From: Escherichia coli
GTDB lineage: Bacteria; Pseudomonadota; Gammaproteobacteria; Enterobacterales; Enterobacteriaceae
Assembly (NCBI RefSeq): GCF_003334765.1
Contig: NZ_QOWT01000006.1
DNA: 64,000 bases
Reading direction: 5' to 3' (one strand)
Both the position numbers and the translations under genes were made by a program. The notes below the pieces were generated by a model. That model made no database searches and was not told where the DNA came from. It saw only the letters and a program-made list of their open reading frames with translations. Every line of letters starts with the position of its first letter. Within the stretch, counting starts at the first letter, position 1. This document shows, one piece after another, positions 1 through 11,078 of this stretch.

Positions 1-303
1 TGTCGGTTTACCTGTGGTTCCCGAAGAAGCATGAATGCGCACCACTTGTTCCATTGGCACGGCAAAGGTGTCAAAGGGATAGTTGTCGCGCAGATCCTGT
101 TTGGTGGTACAGGGAAATTTACGCAGGTCTGAAAGTTCCCTGAAATCATCAGGATGTACGCCTGCTGCGTCGAATTTGCGCCGATACATCGGCACATTTT
201 CATACGCGTGTTTGAGCGTCCATTTCAGACGCTGTGTTTGCAACGCCTGTAACTCATCAACAGACGCGGTTTCAATCGGGTCAAGCTTTGTATTGGTTAT
301 CAT
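1..303 (-). CDS. paaK: phenylacetate-CoA ligase, 5' portion only (gene runs off window start)
   Basis: Minus-strand ATG at 301-303; translation [22 protein letters not shown]... recognised as PaaK N-terminus; lies directly downstream of paaJ. Confidence 0.9.
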   Translation of the reverse strand, partial: MITNTKLDPIETASVDELQALQTQRLKWTLKHAYENVPMYRRKFDAAGVHPDDFRELSDLRKFPCTTKQDLRDNYPFDTFAVPMEQVVRIHASSGTTGKPT

Positions 304-329
304 TGTAGGGTACTCGCAGGTTGATATGC

Positions 330-1535
330 TCAAACACGCTCCAGAATCATGGCGATGCCCTGACCGACACCGATGCACATGGTGCACAATGCGTAACGAC
401 CGTTACGCCGATGCAGCTCATGGCTGGCAGCCAGTGCCAGGCGGGCACCACTCATTCCCAACGGATGGCCTAAGGCGATAGCGCCTCCGTTGGGGTTAAC
501 ATGTGGGGCATCATCAGGCAGCCCCAATTCGCGTAGTACACCCAACGCCTGGGCCGCGAACGCTTCGTTCAGTTCAATCACGTCCATATCGTGAATACTC
601 AGCCCTGCGCGTTCCAGCACCCGGCGAGTTGCAGGCACCGGACCAAGCCCCATCAGGCGCGGTTCCACCCCGGCGGTTGCCATGGCTACGATACGCGCCC
701 GCGGTGTCAGTCCTTGCGCTGCTGCCATCTGTTCACTGGCAATAATCAACGCAGCGGCTCCGTCATTCACCCCGGAAGCATTGCCTGCGGTAATCACCCC
801 ATTGGCACGAAATGGTGCTTTTAACCCACGTAACTGTTCCAGCGTCGTTTCCGGGCGCAGATGCTCATCATGTTGTATTTCTGTTACAACACCTTTCTTG
901 TTTTTCAACACAACCGGAACAATCTCCTCAGCCAGAATGCCTGAGGATTGCGCTTTTGCCGTACGTTGCTGACTGCGTAGCGCAAAACTATCTTGATCTT
1001 CTCGTGAGATTTTTAACAGTTCAGCTACATTCTCTGCCGTTTCCGGCATGCTGTCAGTTCCAAATTGCTGAGCCATGAGCGGGTTCACAAATCGCCAGCC
1101 AATAGTGGTATCGAACATCTCAGCCTGACGAGAAAATGCACTGGCTGCCTTGCCCATAACAAACGGTGCCCGTGACATTGACTCCACGCCACCGGCGATC
1201 AGCAAATCGCCATCGCCCGCTTTAATCGCCCGTGCGGCAAACCCCAGTGCGTCCAGCCCGGAACCACACAAGCGGTTAATGGTTGTGCCGGAAACACTCT
1301 GCGGCAGCCCCGCCAGTAAAGTCGCCATCCGGGCTACGTTACGGTTATCTTCTCCCGCCTGATTAGCACAGCCGAGGATCACATCATCGATACACTCCGC
1401 ATCGAGACGCGGGTTTCGCACCAGCAGTTCCCGCAAAGGGATAGCAGCCAGATCATCAGCCCGAACACTTGATAATGCCCCGCCGTAGCGACCAATTGGC
1501 GTACGAATTCCGTCACAAATAAAGGCTTCACGCAT
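330..1535 (-). CDS. paaJ: 3-oxoadipyl-CoA / 3-oxo-5,6-dehydrosuberyl-CoA thiolase
   Basis: 401-aa ORF from track; thiolase-family sequence; paa operon synteny. Confidence 0.93.
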   Translation of the reverse strand: MREAFICDGIRTPIGRYGGALSSVRADDLAAIPLRELLVRNPRLDAECIDDVILGCANQAGEDNRNVARMATLLAGLPQSVSGTTINRLCGSGLDALGFAARAIKAGDGDLLIAGGVESMSRAPFVMGKAASAFSRQAEMFDTTIGWRFVNPLMAQQFGTDSMPETAENVAELLKISREDQDSFALRSQQRTAKAQSSGILAEEIVPVVLKNKKGVVTEIQHDEHLRPETTLEQLRGLKAPFRANGVITAGNASGVNDGAAALIIASEQMAAAQGLTPRARIVAMATAGVEPRLMGLGPVPATRRVLERAGLSIHDMDVIELNEAFAAQALGVLRELGLPDDAPHVNPNGGAIALGHPLGMSGARLALAASHELHRRNGRYALCTMCIGVGQGIAMILERV

Positions 1536-1957
1536 CAGGCTTCTCCTGTAATGGTGCCGCCGATGCGGTGAGATTTACCGCGAAACAGCGCAACCGTTTT
1601 TTGTTGTTGGTTAACAATTTCGATGTCGTAAACACCGGTTTGCTTGCCCTGATGACGTACCTGCGCAGTAGCAGTTAAGGTGTCTCCGGCAAAGCCTGGA
1701 CGCAAAAAATCAATCGTGCAGGCAGAAGCGACGGCTGCCAGCCCCTGGCTATTGCAGGCGTAGGCAAAGGCAGTATCAGCCAGTGAAAATAGCTGCCCGC
1801 CGTGGCAACTTTGATGACCGTTAAGCATTTGTGCAGTGACGGTCATGGTCACTACAGCAAAGCCTTCATCCATTGAGATAATGTCGATGCCAAGCGCTTT
1901 GGCGCAGGCATCGTTCTCATACATTGCATGGGCATTTTGCCAGGCCTTATGACTCAT
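1535..1957 (-). CDS. paaI: hotdog-fold acyl-CoA thioesterase
   Basis: Track ORF trimmed to ATG at 1955-1957 (MSHKAWQNAH...), 140 aa. Confidence 0.9.
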   Translation of the reverse strand: MSHKAWQNAHAMYENDACAKALGIDIISMDEGFAVVTMTVTAQMLNGHQSCHGGQLFSLADTAFAYACNSQGLAAVASACTIDFLRPGFAGDTLTATAQVRHQGKQTGVYDIEIVNQQQKTVALFRGKSHRIGGTITGEA

Positions 1958-3374
1958 AACCGCTCTCCAGAAGCGCCCGTTGGCGCAGCAATGAACATGG
2001 GCGATAGCGTTCTTCGCCATAGTGATGCTGTAGATTTTCAAGGAGCCTTAATATTCGCTGCCAGCCAAGTTGCGCTCCCCAGGCAAGTGGGCCATATGGA
2101 TAATTCACCCCAAGACGCATGGCGGTATCGATATCCTGTTCAGAGGCCACGCCTTTTTGAAGCGCATCAAGGGCTTCATTGATGATCATTGCTACCGTTC
2201 GCCAAATCAGCATTCCTGGGTAATCTGCAATTTGCAGCACTGTTTTGCCCTGCTGTTGCAGGTAATAAATGGCCTTGCGGGTCGCTGAGTCCGGGTTCAC
2301 CGCTGCAGCAGCAATGGTCACCACCTTGCCCGCCATTTTATCGATCACTACCACCGGGCGTGCCAGTCGTATTGCCAGCGCCTGTGCCGTCTCGCCTTGT
2401 GTCTCAATCAATAAAACATCGTCAATTTCCGTGACACCGTCACTTTTCTTTTCTACTTTCATTGGGCTAAAACTGTCGCTTACCGCTTCCAGGCCAACAA
2501 CTGCCTCACGTTCCGCGCGCCAGTCGTACACGCCCAGCCCACTTTTCTTGCCCAACCGTCCACCAATCACCAGTTCCTGTTGCACCAGCGAAGGTAAAAA
2601 ACGACGCTCCTGCCAGAAAGCGTTAAACACCGAACAGGTGACAGCAAAATTGACGTCCTGACCAATCAGATCGGTTAATTCCAGCGGCCCCATCGGGAAA
2701 CCAGCGCCATCGCGAAGTGCAGCGTCAATCACTTCTGGTGCAGCAACCTGCTCTTCCAGTGCCCGCCAGGCCTCGGAATAATAAGGACGCGCAACACGGT
2801 TAACGATAAATCCAGGAGTCGAATGACAGCGCACAGGCTGCTTACCCCAACTCAACGTTAGTTCACACAACTGCTCAACAACTTCCGCCGCCGTTGCCAG
2901 CCCACTGACCACCTCCACCAACTTCATCACCGGTGCCGGGTTAAAAAAATGCAGCCCCGCAACACGTTCAGGATTTTTTATCTCCGCAGCAATCGCGGTT
3001 ATAGAGATTGACGAAGTGTTAGTGGTCAATAGCGTTTGTGGCGGGCAAACTTCCGCCAGCTGTGCAAAGAGCGCTTTTTTGACTTCCAGACGTTCAGACG
3101 CCGCTTCAATGACCAGGTCCGCAGCTGCCAGCGCGTGAATATCGGTCACCGGGATCAGGCGTTTCAATGTGCGTTCACAGGTTTCAGCAGTCAGTTTTCC
3201 CCGCGTCACGCGTGAATTTAGCCGCGCGTGTATCCCGTCGATTGCGCGGGTCAGCGCTTCAGCAGAAATGTCATACAGTAAAACCTGGTGTCCATGACTG
3301 GCAGCAACTTCAGCAATGCCTGCCCCCATGGTGCCGCTCCCAATCACTGCCACAGTTTGCACATTTATCATCAT
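1947..3374 (-). CDS. paaH: 3-hydroxyadipyl-CoA dehydrogenase (NAD+)
   Basis: Track ORF trimmed to ATG at 3372-3374 (MMINVQTVAVIGSGTMGAGIA, Rossmann motif), 475 aa. Confidence 0.9.
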   Translation of the reverse strand: MMINVQTVAVIGSGTMGAGIAEVAASHGHQVLLYDISAEALTRAIDGIHARLNSRVTRGKLTAETCERTLKRLIPVTDIHALAAADLVIEAASERLEVKKALFAQLAEVCPPQTLLTTNTSSISITAIAAEIKNPERVAGLHFFNPAPVMKLVEVVSGLATAAEVVEQLCELTLSWGKQPVRCHSTPGFIVNRVARPYYSEAWRALEEQVAAPEVIDAALRDGAGFPMGPLELTDLIGQDVNFAVTCSVFNAFWQERRFLPSLVQQELVIGGRLGKKSGLGVYDWRAEREAVVGLEAVSDSFSPMKVEKKSDGVTEIDDVLLIETQGETAQALAIRLARPVVVIDKMAGKVVTIAAAAVNPDSATRKAIYYLQQQGKTVLQIADYPGMLIWRTVAMIINEALDALQKGVASEQDIDTAMRLGVNYPYGPLAWGAQLGWQRILRLLENLQHHYGEERYRPCSLLRQRALLESGYES

Positions 3375-3375
3375 G

Positions 3376-4164
3376 CTATTTCCCCGTGAACTGCGGTGAG
3401 CGTTTAGCCAGGAACGCACTGACACCTTCACGATAATCTGCGCTCCGTCCGGCAAGTCGCTGATAGTCACGTTCCAGATCCAGTTGCGTATCGAGCGTAT
3501 TGGTTTCAGCGCTATTTATCGCTTGCTTGATAAGTCCAAGACCAAATGTCGGTTGTGTCGCCAGATGCCGTGCCAGCTGTTGCGCGGTATCTGCCAGCGT
3601 TTCATCATCAACAACCTGCCAGATCATCCCCCATTCGTGCGCCTGTTCAGCACTCAGTTGATTCCCCAGCAGTGCCAGCCCCATGGCGCGCGCTCGTCCG
3701 GCAACGCGTGGCAGTAACCAGGTTCCACCGCAATCGGGTATTAAGCCTAACTTACTAAACGCCATGACGAATTTTGCTGAACGGGCAGCAATAACGATGT
3801 CGCCCCCCAGTGCCAGTGTTGCGCCTGCCCCTGCCGCCACGCCATTGACTGCACAGATCACCGGTTTTGGCAGTTTTGCCAGGCGACGTACCAGTGGGTT
3901 ATAGAAACGTTCAACTGACATCCCTAAATCCGGTGCGGGGCCTGTGGGATCAACGTTACGATCGTTAAGATCCTGACCAGCACAAAATCCGCGCCCGGCA
4001 CCTGTAAGTAACAGGCAACGGATAGTGTCGTCGCGCTCGACCTGTTTCAGGCACTCTGCCAGTTGTGCGTGCATCTCATCATTAAAACTGTTCAGGCGTT
4101 CCGGGCGGTTGAGCGTTAGTGTCATCACGCCCTTTTCTACATGACTGAGGATGAATTCCATCAT
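3376..4164 (-). CDS. paaG: 1,2-epoxyphenylacetyl-CoA isomerase (crotonase family)
   Basis: 262-aa ORF; enoyl-CoA hydratase/isomerase family sequence; synteny. Confidence 0.92.
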   Translation of the reverse strand: MMEFILSHVEKGVMTLTLNRPERLNSFNDEMHAQLAECLKQVERDDTIRCLLLTGAGRGFCAGQDLNDRNVDPTGPAPDLGMSVERFYNPLVRRLAKLPKPVICAVNGVAAGAGATLALGGDIVIAARSAKFVMAFSKLGLIPDCGGTWLLPRVAGRARAMGLALLGNQLSAEQAHEWGMIWQVVDDETLADTAQQLARHLATQPTFGLGLIKQAINSAETNTLDTQLDLERDYQRLAGRSADYREGVSAFLAKRSPQFTGK

Positions 4165-4931
4165 TAGCGTCCTTTAAAGTCGGGCGTGCGTTTTTGTAAG
4201 AAAGCGGAGATGCCTTCATGACGATCTTCTGTTGCCGCCAGCAAGGTGAATAACTGTCGCTCCTGGGCAAGTCCGGCTTGCAAAGCCACTTCCTGCGACT
4301 GGCGCAGCGCTTGCTTTGCCGCTTGTAAGGCCAGCGGCGAGTGACGTGCCATTTTCGATGCCAGCTGTAAGGCGTATTCGAGGGTTAAATCGCTGGGGAA
4401 GACGTCGCTAACCAGCCCGGCCTGCTGTGCTTGCTGAGCGGTGATACTTTCTCCGCTCAGCACCATTTTGCTGGCTAACGATTTACCGACACTACGGATT
4501 AAACGTTGCGTTCCGCCTGCGCCAGGCATGATGCCGAGAGTGATTTCCGGCAACCCAAAACGCGCGTTCTCTCCGGCAACCACCACATCGCACAACAATG
4601 CCAGTTCGCAACCCGCCCCAAGCGCGTAACCATTGACGGCTGCGATAAGTGGTTTATTAAAGGCCTGCAATCGCGCCCATAGCTGCGGACGTGTATCGTT
4701 TAAGGTGGCCGCGAGATCTTTTTCTGCCATTTCGTTGAGATCGGCCCCAGCGGCAAAAAAGCGTGCATTACCGGTAATCACACAGACCGAAATGCTGGTA
4801 TCGGTAGCCGCAGCTTCCAGTTCATTTACCAGTTGCATCAGCAGGGCATTATTTAGCGCATTACGTGCGGCGGGACGGTTAAGGGTCAGCAACAATACTC
4901 GTTGCTGACGGCTGACGATCAGTTCGCTCAT
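4164..4931 (-). CDS. paaF: 2,3-dehydroadipyl-CoA hydratase (crotonase family)
   Basis: 255-aa ORF; crotonase-fold sequence; synteny. Confidence 0.92.
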   Translation of the reverse strand: MSELIVSRQQRVLLLTLNRPAARNALNNALLMQLVNELEAAATDTSISVCVITGNARFFAAGADLNEMAEKDLAATLNDTRPQLWARLQAFNKPLIAAVNGYALGAGCELALLCDVVVAGENARFGLPEITLGIMPGAGGTQRLIRSVGKSLASKMVLSGESITAQQAQQAGLVSDVFPSDLTLEYALQLASKMARHSPLALQAAKQALRQSQEVALQAGLAQERQLFTLLAATEDRHEGISAFLQKRTPDFKGR

Positions 4932-5998
4932 GCCATCCCCTTCGCGTCAAAGTCAACCACCACATCGCTGGTCAGCGGCAGTGCCTGGCAACTCAACACA
5001 TAACCTGCGGCCAGTTCATCCGGTTCCAGACTGTAATTGGTTTCCATCGCCACTTTGCCACGCAGCACTTTGCATTTGCAGGTCGCACAGACGCCGCCTT
5101 TGCAGGCATAGGGCAGATCCGCCCCCTGGCGCAATGCCGCATCGAGAATGCTTTCATCGTCGGCATTAAGCACGATTTCCCGATCCCGCCCATCCTGACG
5201 TACAGTCACTTTTTGTCCGTCACTTTGCACGTTAACGCTACGTTTGACGCGCGTGCCAGGCGTATTAAACCGCTCCAGATGAATGGTTTTATCTGGCATT
5301 CCCAGTGCTTTTAAGGCGGTTTCCGCGTCATCCATCATCGCCGCCGGACCACAAATAAATGCCTCATCATAAAGACGAAAATTAATGAGCGAGGCCCCAA
5401 GTGACTGTAATTTTTCACCGTCAATACGCCCGTGAAGCAGATCGCTGTCGAGGGTTTCCTGACTGAAAATGCACAACAACTGTAAACGCTGAGGATATTT
5501 GTCTTTCAGGTCTGCCAGTGCCTGGCGAAACATCATGCTCTGGCTGGTACGGTTACCGTAGATCAGGGTGAACTGACTTTCAGGCTCGGTTTGTAAAGTG
5601 GTGGCGATAATCGCCAGCATTGGCGTAATACCTGATCCTGCTGCAATTGCCAGATAGCGCCCCTGGCGTTCGGCCTGCGGCTGATAGCCGAAATGCCCCT
5701 GCGGCACCATGACCTCCAGCGTCATACCCTGGCGGATGTGTTCGCGGGCATAGCGGGAGAAACGTCCGCCTTCAATGGCTTTCACCGCCACACTAATTTC
5801 GCCAGGCAGATAGCTGCGGCAAATGGAGTAACAACGGCGTAATTCTTCACCATCAAAGCTGGCTTTTAAGGTCAAATGTTGACCGGGGCGAAAGCGATAC
5901 GCCTCCTGCAAAGGCTGGGGCACCGCAAAGGTAATGGTCACCGCATCACGGGTTTCCGACTCGACTTTTGCCACTGTTAAGGAATGAAACGTTGTCAT
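4928..5998 (-). CDS. paaE: phenylacetyl-CoA oxygenase reductase subunit (FAD/NAD and 2Fe-2S ferredoxin domains)
   Basis: Track ORF trimmed to ATG at 5996-5998 (MTTFHSLTVAKV...), 356 aa; C-terminal CxxxxCxxC ferredoxin motif. Confidence 0.9.
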   Translation of the reverse strand: MTTFHSLTVAKVESETRDAVTITFAVPQPLQEAYRFRPGQHLTLKASFDGEELRRCYSICRSYLPGEISVAVKAIEGGRFSRYAREHIRQGMTLEVMVPQGHFGYQPQAERQGRYLAIAAGSGITPMLAIIATTLQTEPESQFTLIYGNRTSQSMMFRQALADLKDKYPQRLQLLCIFSQETLDSDLLHGRIDGEKLQSLGASLINFRLYDEAFICGPAAMMDDAETALKALGMPDKTIHLERFNTPGTRVKRSVNVQSDGQKVTVRQDGRDREIVLNADDESILDAALRQGADLPYACKGGVCATCKCKVLRGKVAMETNYSLEPDELAAGYVLSCQALPLTSDVVVDFDAKGMA

Positions 5999-6005
5999 GG
6001 CATCC

Positions 6006-6503
6006 TCAAATACATTTGAAATAATCGAAAGGTTCGCGGCAACTATCGCAGCGGTACAATGCTTTGCAGGCCGTGGAACCAAATTCACTGATAAGTGTGG
6101 TATGGACGCTGGCGCAGCGCGGGCAACGTACTTCTGGCGGCAAATGGGCATGGCAACTGTGTCCGGCGGGCGGGCTAATGCCATACTCTCGCAGACGCTC
6201 ACGGGCATCGGGGGTCATCCAGTCGGTGGTCCATGCCGGGTCGAGTTGCAGCACAACCTGAACGGGGGTAAACCCGTTGGTTGTCATTGCCTCACGTATC
6301 GCGCCAATCAAATGTTCCGTTGCCGGACAACCGGAATATGTCGGCGTAAAGCCGATCACCCATCCTTCTCCCATCTGTGTCACATTACGCACCATGCCTA
6401 AATCAGTAATGGTCAGCACCGGGATCTCCGGGTCCGGGATCTGGCTGAGTAGCGCCCATATCTCATGAACCTGTGGCGGTGCAATGGTGGCCAGACGTTG
6501 CAT
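6006..6503 (-). CDS. paaD: phenylacetate degradation protein PaaD
   Basis: Track ORF trimmed to ATG at 6501-6503 (MQRLATIAPP...), 165 aa. Confidence 0.85.
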   Translation of the reverse strand: MQRLATIAPPQVHEIWALLSQIPDPEIPVLTITDLGMVRNVTQMGEGWVIGFTPTYSGCPATEHLIGAIREAMTTNGFTPVQVVLQLDPAWTTDWMTPDARERLREYGISPPAGHSCHAHLPPEVRCPRCASVHTTLISEFGSTACKALYRCDSCREPFDYFKCI

Positions 6504-6517
6504 ACCCATCTCCTCTG

Positions 6518-7264
6518 TTACCATTGCTGACCGGGCAAGACACGCTGGAGATACTGCATTTCTGCCAGCATGGGTCCAAGGTGTTCGGTATGCAGTCCTT
6601 TTTTACCGCCAGTGCGATACGCCTGCTCTTGCGGTACGTTCAATGTGGCTTCGTTGATCCCGGCAAAAACTTCGGCTTCCCACGCTGCGCGTAAAGTGCG
6701 TGGATCAACCGCAATACCCTCTTCACTCAGTGCAATATCAATCTCGTCGGCATCGAACAGTTCGGCGGTAAAACGCCACAACTTGTTGATGGCCTGCTGC
6801 ATCTTTTGCCCTGATACGTCAGTACCATTGCCCAGTCGCTCCAGCCAGCCACGACTAAAACGCAGGTGATAGCGCGCTTCTTTAATTGCTTTGGCAGAAA
6901 TCGCCGCCAGTTGCGGATCACGGCTTTCCATCAGACGGGTAAAGAGCGCCACATGCCATGCATCGATGAAATACTGGCGTGCAATGGTGTCGGCAAAATT
7001 GCCGTTTGGTTGTTCAACCAACAATAAGTTGCTGAACTGGCGCTCGTCTCGGGTGAAGGCCAGGGTATCTTCATCGCCTTCTCCCGCTAATTCAGCGGCA
7101 TACGATAAGAAGTTGCGTGCCTGACCTAATAAATCGAGGCCAATGTTTGCCAGTGCGAGATCGATTTCCAGTTCCGGTGCGTGACCGCACCATTCACCCA
7201 ACCGCTGGGAGAGCACCAGGCAGTTATCGCCCAGGCGCAAGGTGTAAGCCGTTAACTGATTCAT
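6518..7264 (-). CDS. paaC: phenylacetyl-CoA 1,2-epoxidase subunit C
   Basis: Track ORF trimmed to ATG at 7262-7264 (MNQLTAYTLRL...), 248 aa. Confidence 0.88.
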   Translation of the reverse strand: MNQLTAYTLRLGDNCLVLSQRLGEWCGHAPELEIDLALANIGLDLLGQARNFLSYAAELAGEGDEDTLAFTRDERQFSNLLLVEQPNGNFADTIARQYFIDAWHVALFTRLMESRDPQLAAISAKAIKEARYHLRFSRGWLERLGNGTDVSGQKMQQAINKLWRFTAELFDADEIDIALSEEGIAVDPRTLRAAWEAEVFAGINEATLNVPQEQAYRTGGKKGLHTEHLGPMLAEMQYLQRVLPGQQW

Positions 7265-7272
7265 TTCCGACC

Positions 7273-7560
7273 TCACATGTGCTCAATGCCATCAGGGATG
7301 GTGTAAAACGTTGGATGGCGATAGACCTTGCTTTCAGCCGGATCAAAAAATTCACCGCGTTCTTCCGGTTGCGAGGCAACAATTTCACTCGCCTTCACCA
7401 CCCAAATTGAACATCCTTCGCTACGACGGGTGTAAGCATCACGGGCATTTTCCAGTGCCATCCGCTCATCGGCAGCATGTAAACTGCCAACATGGCGGTG
7501 TGATAAGCCCTGTTTGCCACGCACGAAAACTTCGTATAACGGCCAGTAAACATTACTCAT
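7273..7560 (-). CDS. paaB: phenylacetyl-CoA 1,2-epoxidase subunit B
   Basis: 95-aa ORF; synteny between paaA and paaC. Confidence 0.9.
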   Translation of the reverse strand: MSNVYWPLYEVFVRGKQGLSHRHVGSLHAADERMALENARDAYTRRSEGCSIWVVKASEIVASQPEERGEFFDPAESKVYRHPTFYTIPDGIEHM

Positions 7561-7571
7561 TTTGAATCTCC

Positions 7572-8501
7572 TTATGCGACCTTACGGGCATGTTGTTTTT
7601 GTGCATGGGCCAGCGCTGCTTCCCGTACCCAGGTACCTTCTTCCCAGGCTTTACGTTTGGCGTCGAGCCTCTCCTGATTACAAATTCCGCGACCGTTAAT
7701 TACTTCGTTAAACTCCTGCCAGTCGATCTCACCAAAGCGGTAGTGACCGCTTTCAGTGTCAAAATGCAGATCCGGGTCAGGAACGGTCATACCGAGCATT
7801 TCAACCTGTGGAACGGTGTTATCCACGAAACGCTGGCGGAGTTCGTCGTTGGTGAAACGTTTGATTTTCCAGGTGAGACTTCTGGCGCTGTTTGGCGAGT
7901 TATCATCGTTTGGCCCGAACATCATTAAGGCTGGCCACCAGAAACGGTTAATGGCGTCTTGCAACATCTGCTTTTGAGCTTCGCTGCCCTGCGCCAGTGC
8001 CATGCAGGCTTCAAACCCCTGACGCTGGTGAAAACTCTCTTCTTTGCAGATTTTCACCATTGCTCTGGCATACGGGCCATAAGAAGTGCGGCATAACGCC
8101 ACCTGATTGACGATCGCTGCGCCATCCACCAGCCAGCCGATAACACCGATATCAGCCCAACTCAATGTCGGATAATTAAAGATGGAGGAATATTTCATCC
8201 GTCCGTCGAGCATTTTTTGGTAGATGTCTTCTCTGGCGCAGCCCAGTGTTTCGGCGGCGCTATAGAGATACAGACCATGACCGGCTTCATCCTGCACTTT
8301 GGCCAACAGAATGGCTTTACGCCGCAAGGTTGGTGCGCGAGTGATCCAGTTACCTTCAGGCAACATACCAACAATCTCGGAGTGCGCATGCTGCCCAATC
8401 TGGCGGATCAATGTCTTTCGGTAAGCATCGGGCATCCAGTCCTGTGGCTCGATAGCCGTTTCCTGGGCTATCCGTTGCTCAAAGCGTTCTTCTTGGGTCA
8501 C
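7572..8501 (-). CDS. paaA: phenylacetyl-CoA 1,2-epoxidase catalytic subunit A
   Basis: 309-aa ORF; the start codon read from the sequence is GTG (8499-8501); first gene of the paa catabolic operon. Confidence 0.9.
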   Translation of the reverse strand: MTQEERFEQRIAQETAIEPQDWMPDAYRKTLIRQIGQHAHSEIVGMLPEGNWITRAPTLRRKAILLAKVQDEAGHGLYLYSAAETLGCAREDIYQKMLDGRMKYSSIFNYPTLSWADIGVIGWLVDGAAIVNQVALCRTSYGPYARAMVKICKEESFHQRQGFEACMALAQGSEAQKQMLQDAINRFWWPALMMFGPNDDNSPNSARSLTWKIKRFTNDELRQRFVDNTVPQVEMLGMTVPDPDLHFDTESGHYRFGEIDWQEFNEVINGRGICNQERLDAKRKAWEEGTWVREAALAHAQKQHARKVA

Positions 8502-8514
8502 GTCATCACCTTTA

Positions 8515-8553
8515 CGATTCCAGTTTTCGTGAATTAATTAAAAACACGAATCA
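8515..8553. promoter_or_regulatory. candidate PaaX operator in the paaA promoter (CGATTC-N27-GAATCA)
   Basis: Half-sites read at 8515-8520 and 8548-8553, just upstream of paaA start; resembles the PaaX inverted-repeat operator as recalled from literature. Confidence 0.35.
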
Positions 8554-8727
8554 CATTGTTTTATGAAAGTTACACAATAGTTAAGTAAAATCACAAATTT
8601 TGTATGTTTGAACTGTGACGGATTTCGCACCCTATTTTTATAAATCATTATTTATCAGTGCATTAATGTTTTCCGCAGTTGCTATACAGATCGCATAGTT
8701 AACATTTCGTTAAAAGATCCCTTGCTT

Positions 8728-8742
8728 TTTATGATTCGCGAT
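8728..8742. promoter_or_regulatory. candidate PaaX-type box in the paaZ promoter (TTTATGATTCGCGAT)
   Basis: TGATTCGCG core about 45 bp upstream of paaZ ATG in the divergent paaZ/paaA control region. Confidence 0.3.
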
Positions 8743-8785
8743 TTAACTATTAGCAACAGAAATGTGAAACATCTGGAGAGTAGCG

Positions 8786-10831
8786 ATGCAGCAGTTAGCC
8801 AGTTTCTTATCCGGTACCTGGCAGTCTGGCCGGGGCCGTAGCCGTTTGATTCACCACGCTATTAGCGGCGAGGCGTTATGGGAAGTGACCAGTGAAGGTC
8901 TTGATATGGCGGCTGCCCGCCAGTTTGCCATTGAAAAAGGTGCCCCCGCCCTTCGCGCTATGACCTTTATCGAACGTGCGGCGATGCTTAAAGCGGTCGC
9001 TAAACATCTGCTGAGTGAAAAAGAGCGTTTCTATGCTCTTTCTGCGCAAACAGGCGCAACGCGGGCAGACAGTTGGGTTGATATTGAAGGTGGCATTGGG
9101 ACGTTATTTACTTACGCCAGCCTCGGTAGCCGGGAGCTGCCTGACGATACGCTGTGGCCGGAAGATGAATTGATCCCCTTATCGAAAGAAGGTGGATTTG
9201 CCGCGCGCCATTTACTGACCTCAAAGTCAGGCGTGGCAGTGCATATTAACGCCTTTAACTTCCCCTGCTGGGGAATGCTGGAAAAGCTGGCACCAACGTG
9301 GCTGGGCGGAATGCCAGCCATCATCAAACCAGCTACCGCGACGGCCCAACTGACTCAGGCGATGGTGAAATCAATTGTCGATAGTGGTCTTGTTCCCGAA
9401 GGCGCAATTAGTCTGATCTGCGGTAGTGCTGGCGACTTGTTGGATCATCTGGACAGCCAGGATGTGGTGACTTTCACGGGGTCAGCGGCGACCGGACAGA
9501 TGCTGCGAGTTCAGCCAAATATCGTCGCCAAATCTATCCCCTTCACTATGGAAGCTGATTCCCTGAACTGCTGCGTACTGGGCGAAGATGTCACCCCGGA
9601 TCAACCGGAGTTTGCGCTGTTTATTCGTGAAGTTGTGCGTGAGATGACCACAAAAGCCGGGCAAAAATGTACGGCAATCCGGCGGATTATTGTGCCGCAG
9701 GCATTGGTTAATGCTGTCAGTGATGCTCTGGTTGCGCGATTACAGAAAGTCGTGGTCGGTGATCCTGCTCAGGAAGGCGTGAAAATGGGCGCACTGGTAA
9801 ATGCTGAGCAGCGTGCCGATGTGCAGGAAAAAGTGAACATATTGCTGGCTGCAGGATGCGAGATTCGCCTCGGTGGTCAGGCGGATTTATCTGCTGCGGG
9901 TGCCTTCTTCCCGCCAACCTTATTGTACTGTCCGCAGCCGGATGAAACACCGGCGGTACATGCAACAGAAGCCTTTGGCCCTGTCGCAACGCTGATGCCA
10001 GCACAAAACCAGCGACATGCTCTGCAACTGGCTTGTGCAGGCGGCGGTAGCCTTGCGGGAACGCTGGTGACGGCTGATCCGCAAATTGCGCGTCAGTTTA
10101 TTGCCGACGCGGCACGTACGCATGGGCGAATTCAGATCCTCAATGAAGAGTCGGCAAAAGAATCCACCGGGCATGGCTCCCCACTGCCACAACTGGTACA
10201 TGGTGGGCCTGGTCGCGCAGGAGGCGGTGAAGAATTAGGCGGTTTACGAGCGGTGAAACATTACATGCAGCGAACCGCTGTTCAGGGTAGTCCGACGATG
10301 CTTGCCGCTATCAGTAAACAGTGGGTGCGCGGTGCGAAAGTCGAAGAAGATCGTATTCATCCGTTCCGCAAATATTTTGAGGAGCTACAACCAGGCGACA
10401 GCCTGTTGACTCCCCGCCGCACAATGACAGAGGCCGATATTGTTAACTTTGCTTGCCTCAGCGGCGATCATTTCTATGCACATATGGATAAGATTGCTGC
10501 TGCCGAATCTATTTTCGGTGAGCGGGTGGTGCATGGGTATTTTGTGCTTTCTGCGGCTGCGGGTCTGTTTGTCGATGCCGGTGTCGGTCCGGTCATTGCT
10601 AACTACGGGCTGGAAAGCTTGCGTTTTATCGAACCCGTAAAGCCAGGCGATACCATCCAGGTGCGTCTCACCTGTAAGCGCAAGACGCTGAAAAAACAGC
10701 GTAGCGCAGAAGAAAAACCAACAGGTGTGGTGGAATGGGCTGTAGAGGTATTCAATCAGCATCAAACCCCGGTGGCGCTGTATTCAATTCTGACGCTGGT
10801 GGCCAGGCAGCACGGTGATTTTGTCGATTAA
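8786..10831 (+). CDS. paaZ: bifunctional oxepin-CoA hydrolase / 3-oxo-5,6-dehydrosuberyl-CoA semialdehyde dehydrogenase
   Basis: 681-aa ORF; aldehyde dehydrogenase N-domain plus C-terminal hotdog hydratase domain; divergent from paaA. Confidence 0.93.
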
Positions 10832-10843
10832 TCGGTGAATGAA

Positions 10844-10872
10844 GGGCAACGGCGAATAGTTGCCCTTTTATT
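10844..10872 (+). terminator. rho-independent terminator after paaZ
   Basis: GGGCAAC / GTTGCCC stem followed by TTTTATTT. Confidence 0.6.
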
Positions 10873-10883
10873 TCACTAAGTTT

Positions 10884-10898
10884 TGTGACGTTGTCACA
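10884..10898. promoter_or_regulatory. TGTGAC-N3-GTCACA inverted repeat in the tynA promoter, candidate FeaR site
   Basis: Inverted repeat read directly; same GTGACA motif recurs in the feaB-feaR intergenic region. Confidence 0.3.
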
Positions 10899-11078
10899 TT
10901 ATGCATGATGTGTACATCTATTTTCAGGGCATCCACTGTATGAAAAGCTGGCACACCTGCCAAACAACCTGGCAGGTGCAGGCAATCCCCTTTGCATCAG
11001 TACTGATAATGTGAACCTGACTAAACCGCCCACAGAGCGCGGTTGCTAACAAGAACACAACATCTGACGAGGTTAATA

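Noticed and set aside
83-481. 132-aa plus-strand ORF at the window start
   Set aside because: Antisense to the paaK 5' region and the paaJ 3' end; the minus-strand frame translates to a recognisable PaaK N-terminus.
10884-10898. Possible CRP site in the tynA promoter (TGTGA...TCACA)
   Set aside because: The spacer between half-sites is 5 bp, not the 6 bp of the CRP consensus; retained only as a candidate FeaR-type repeat.
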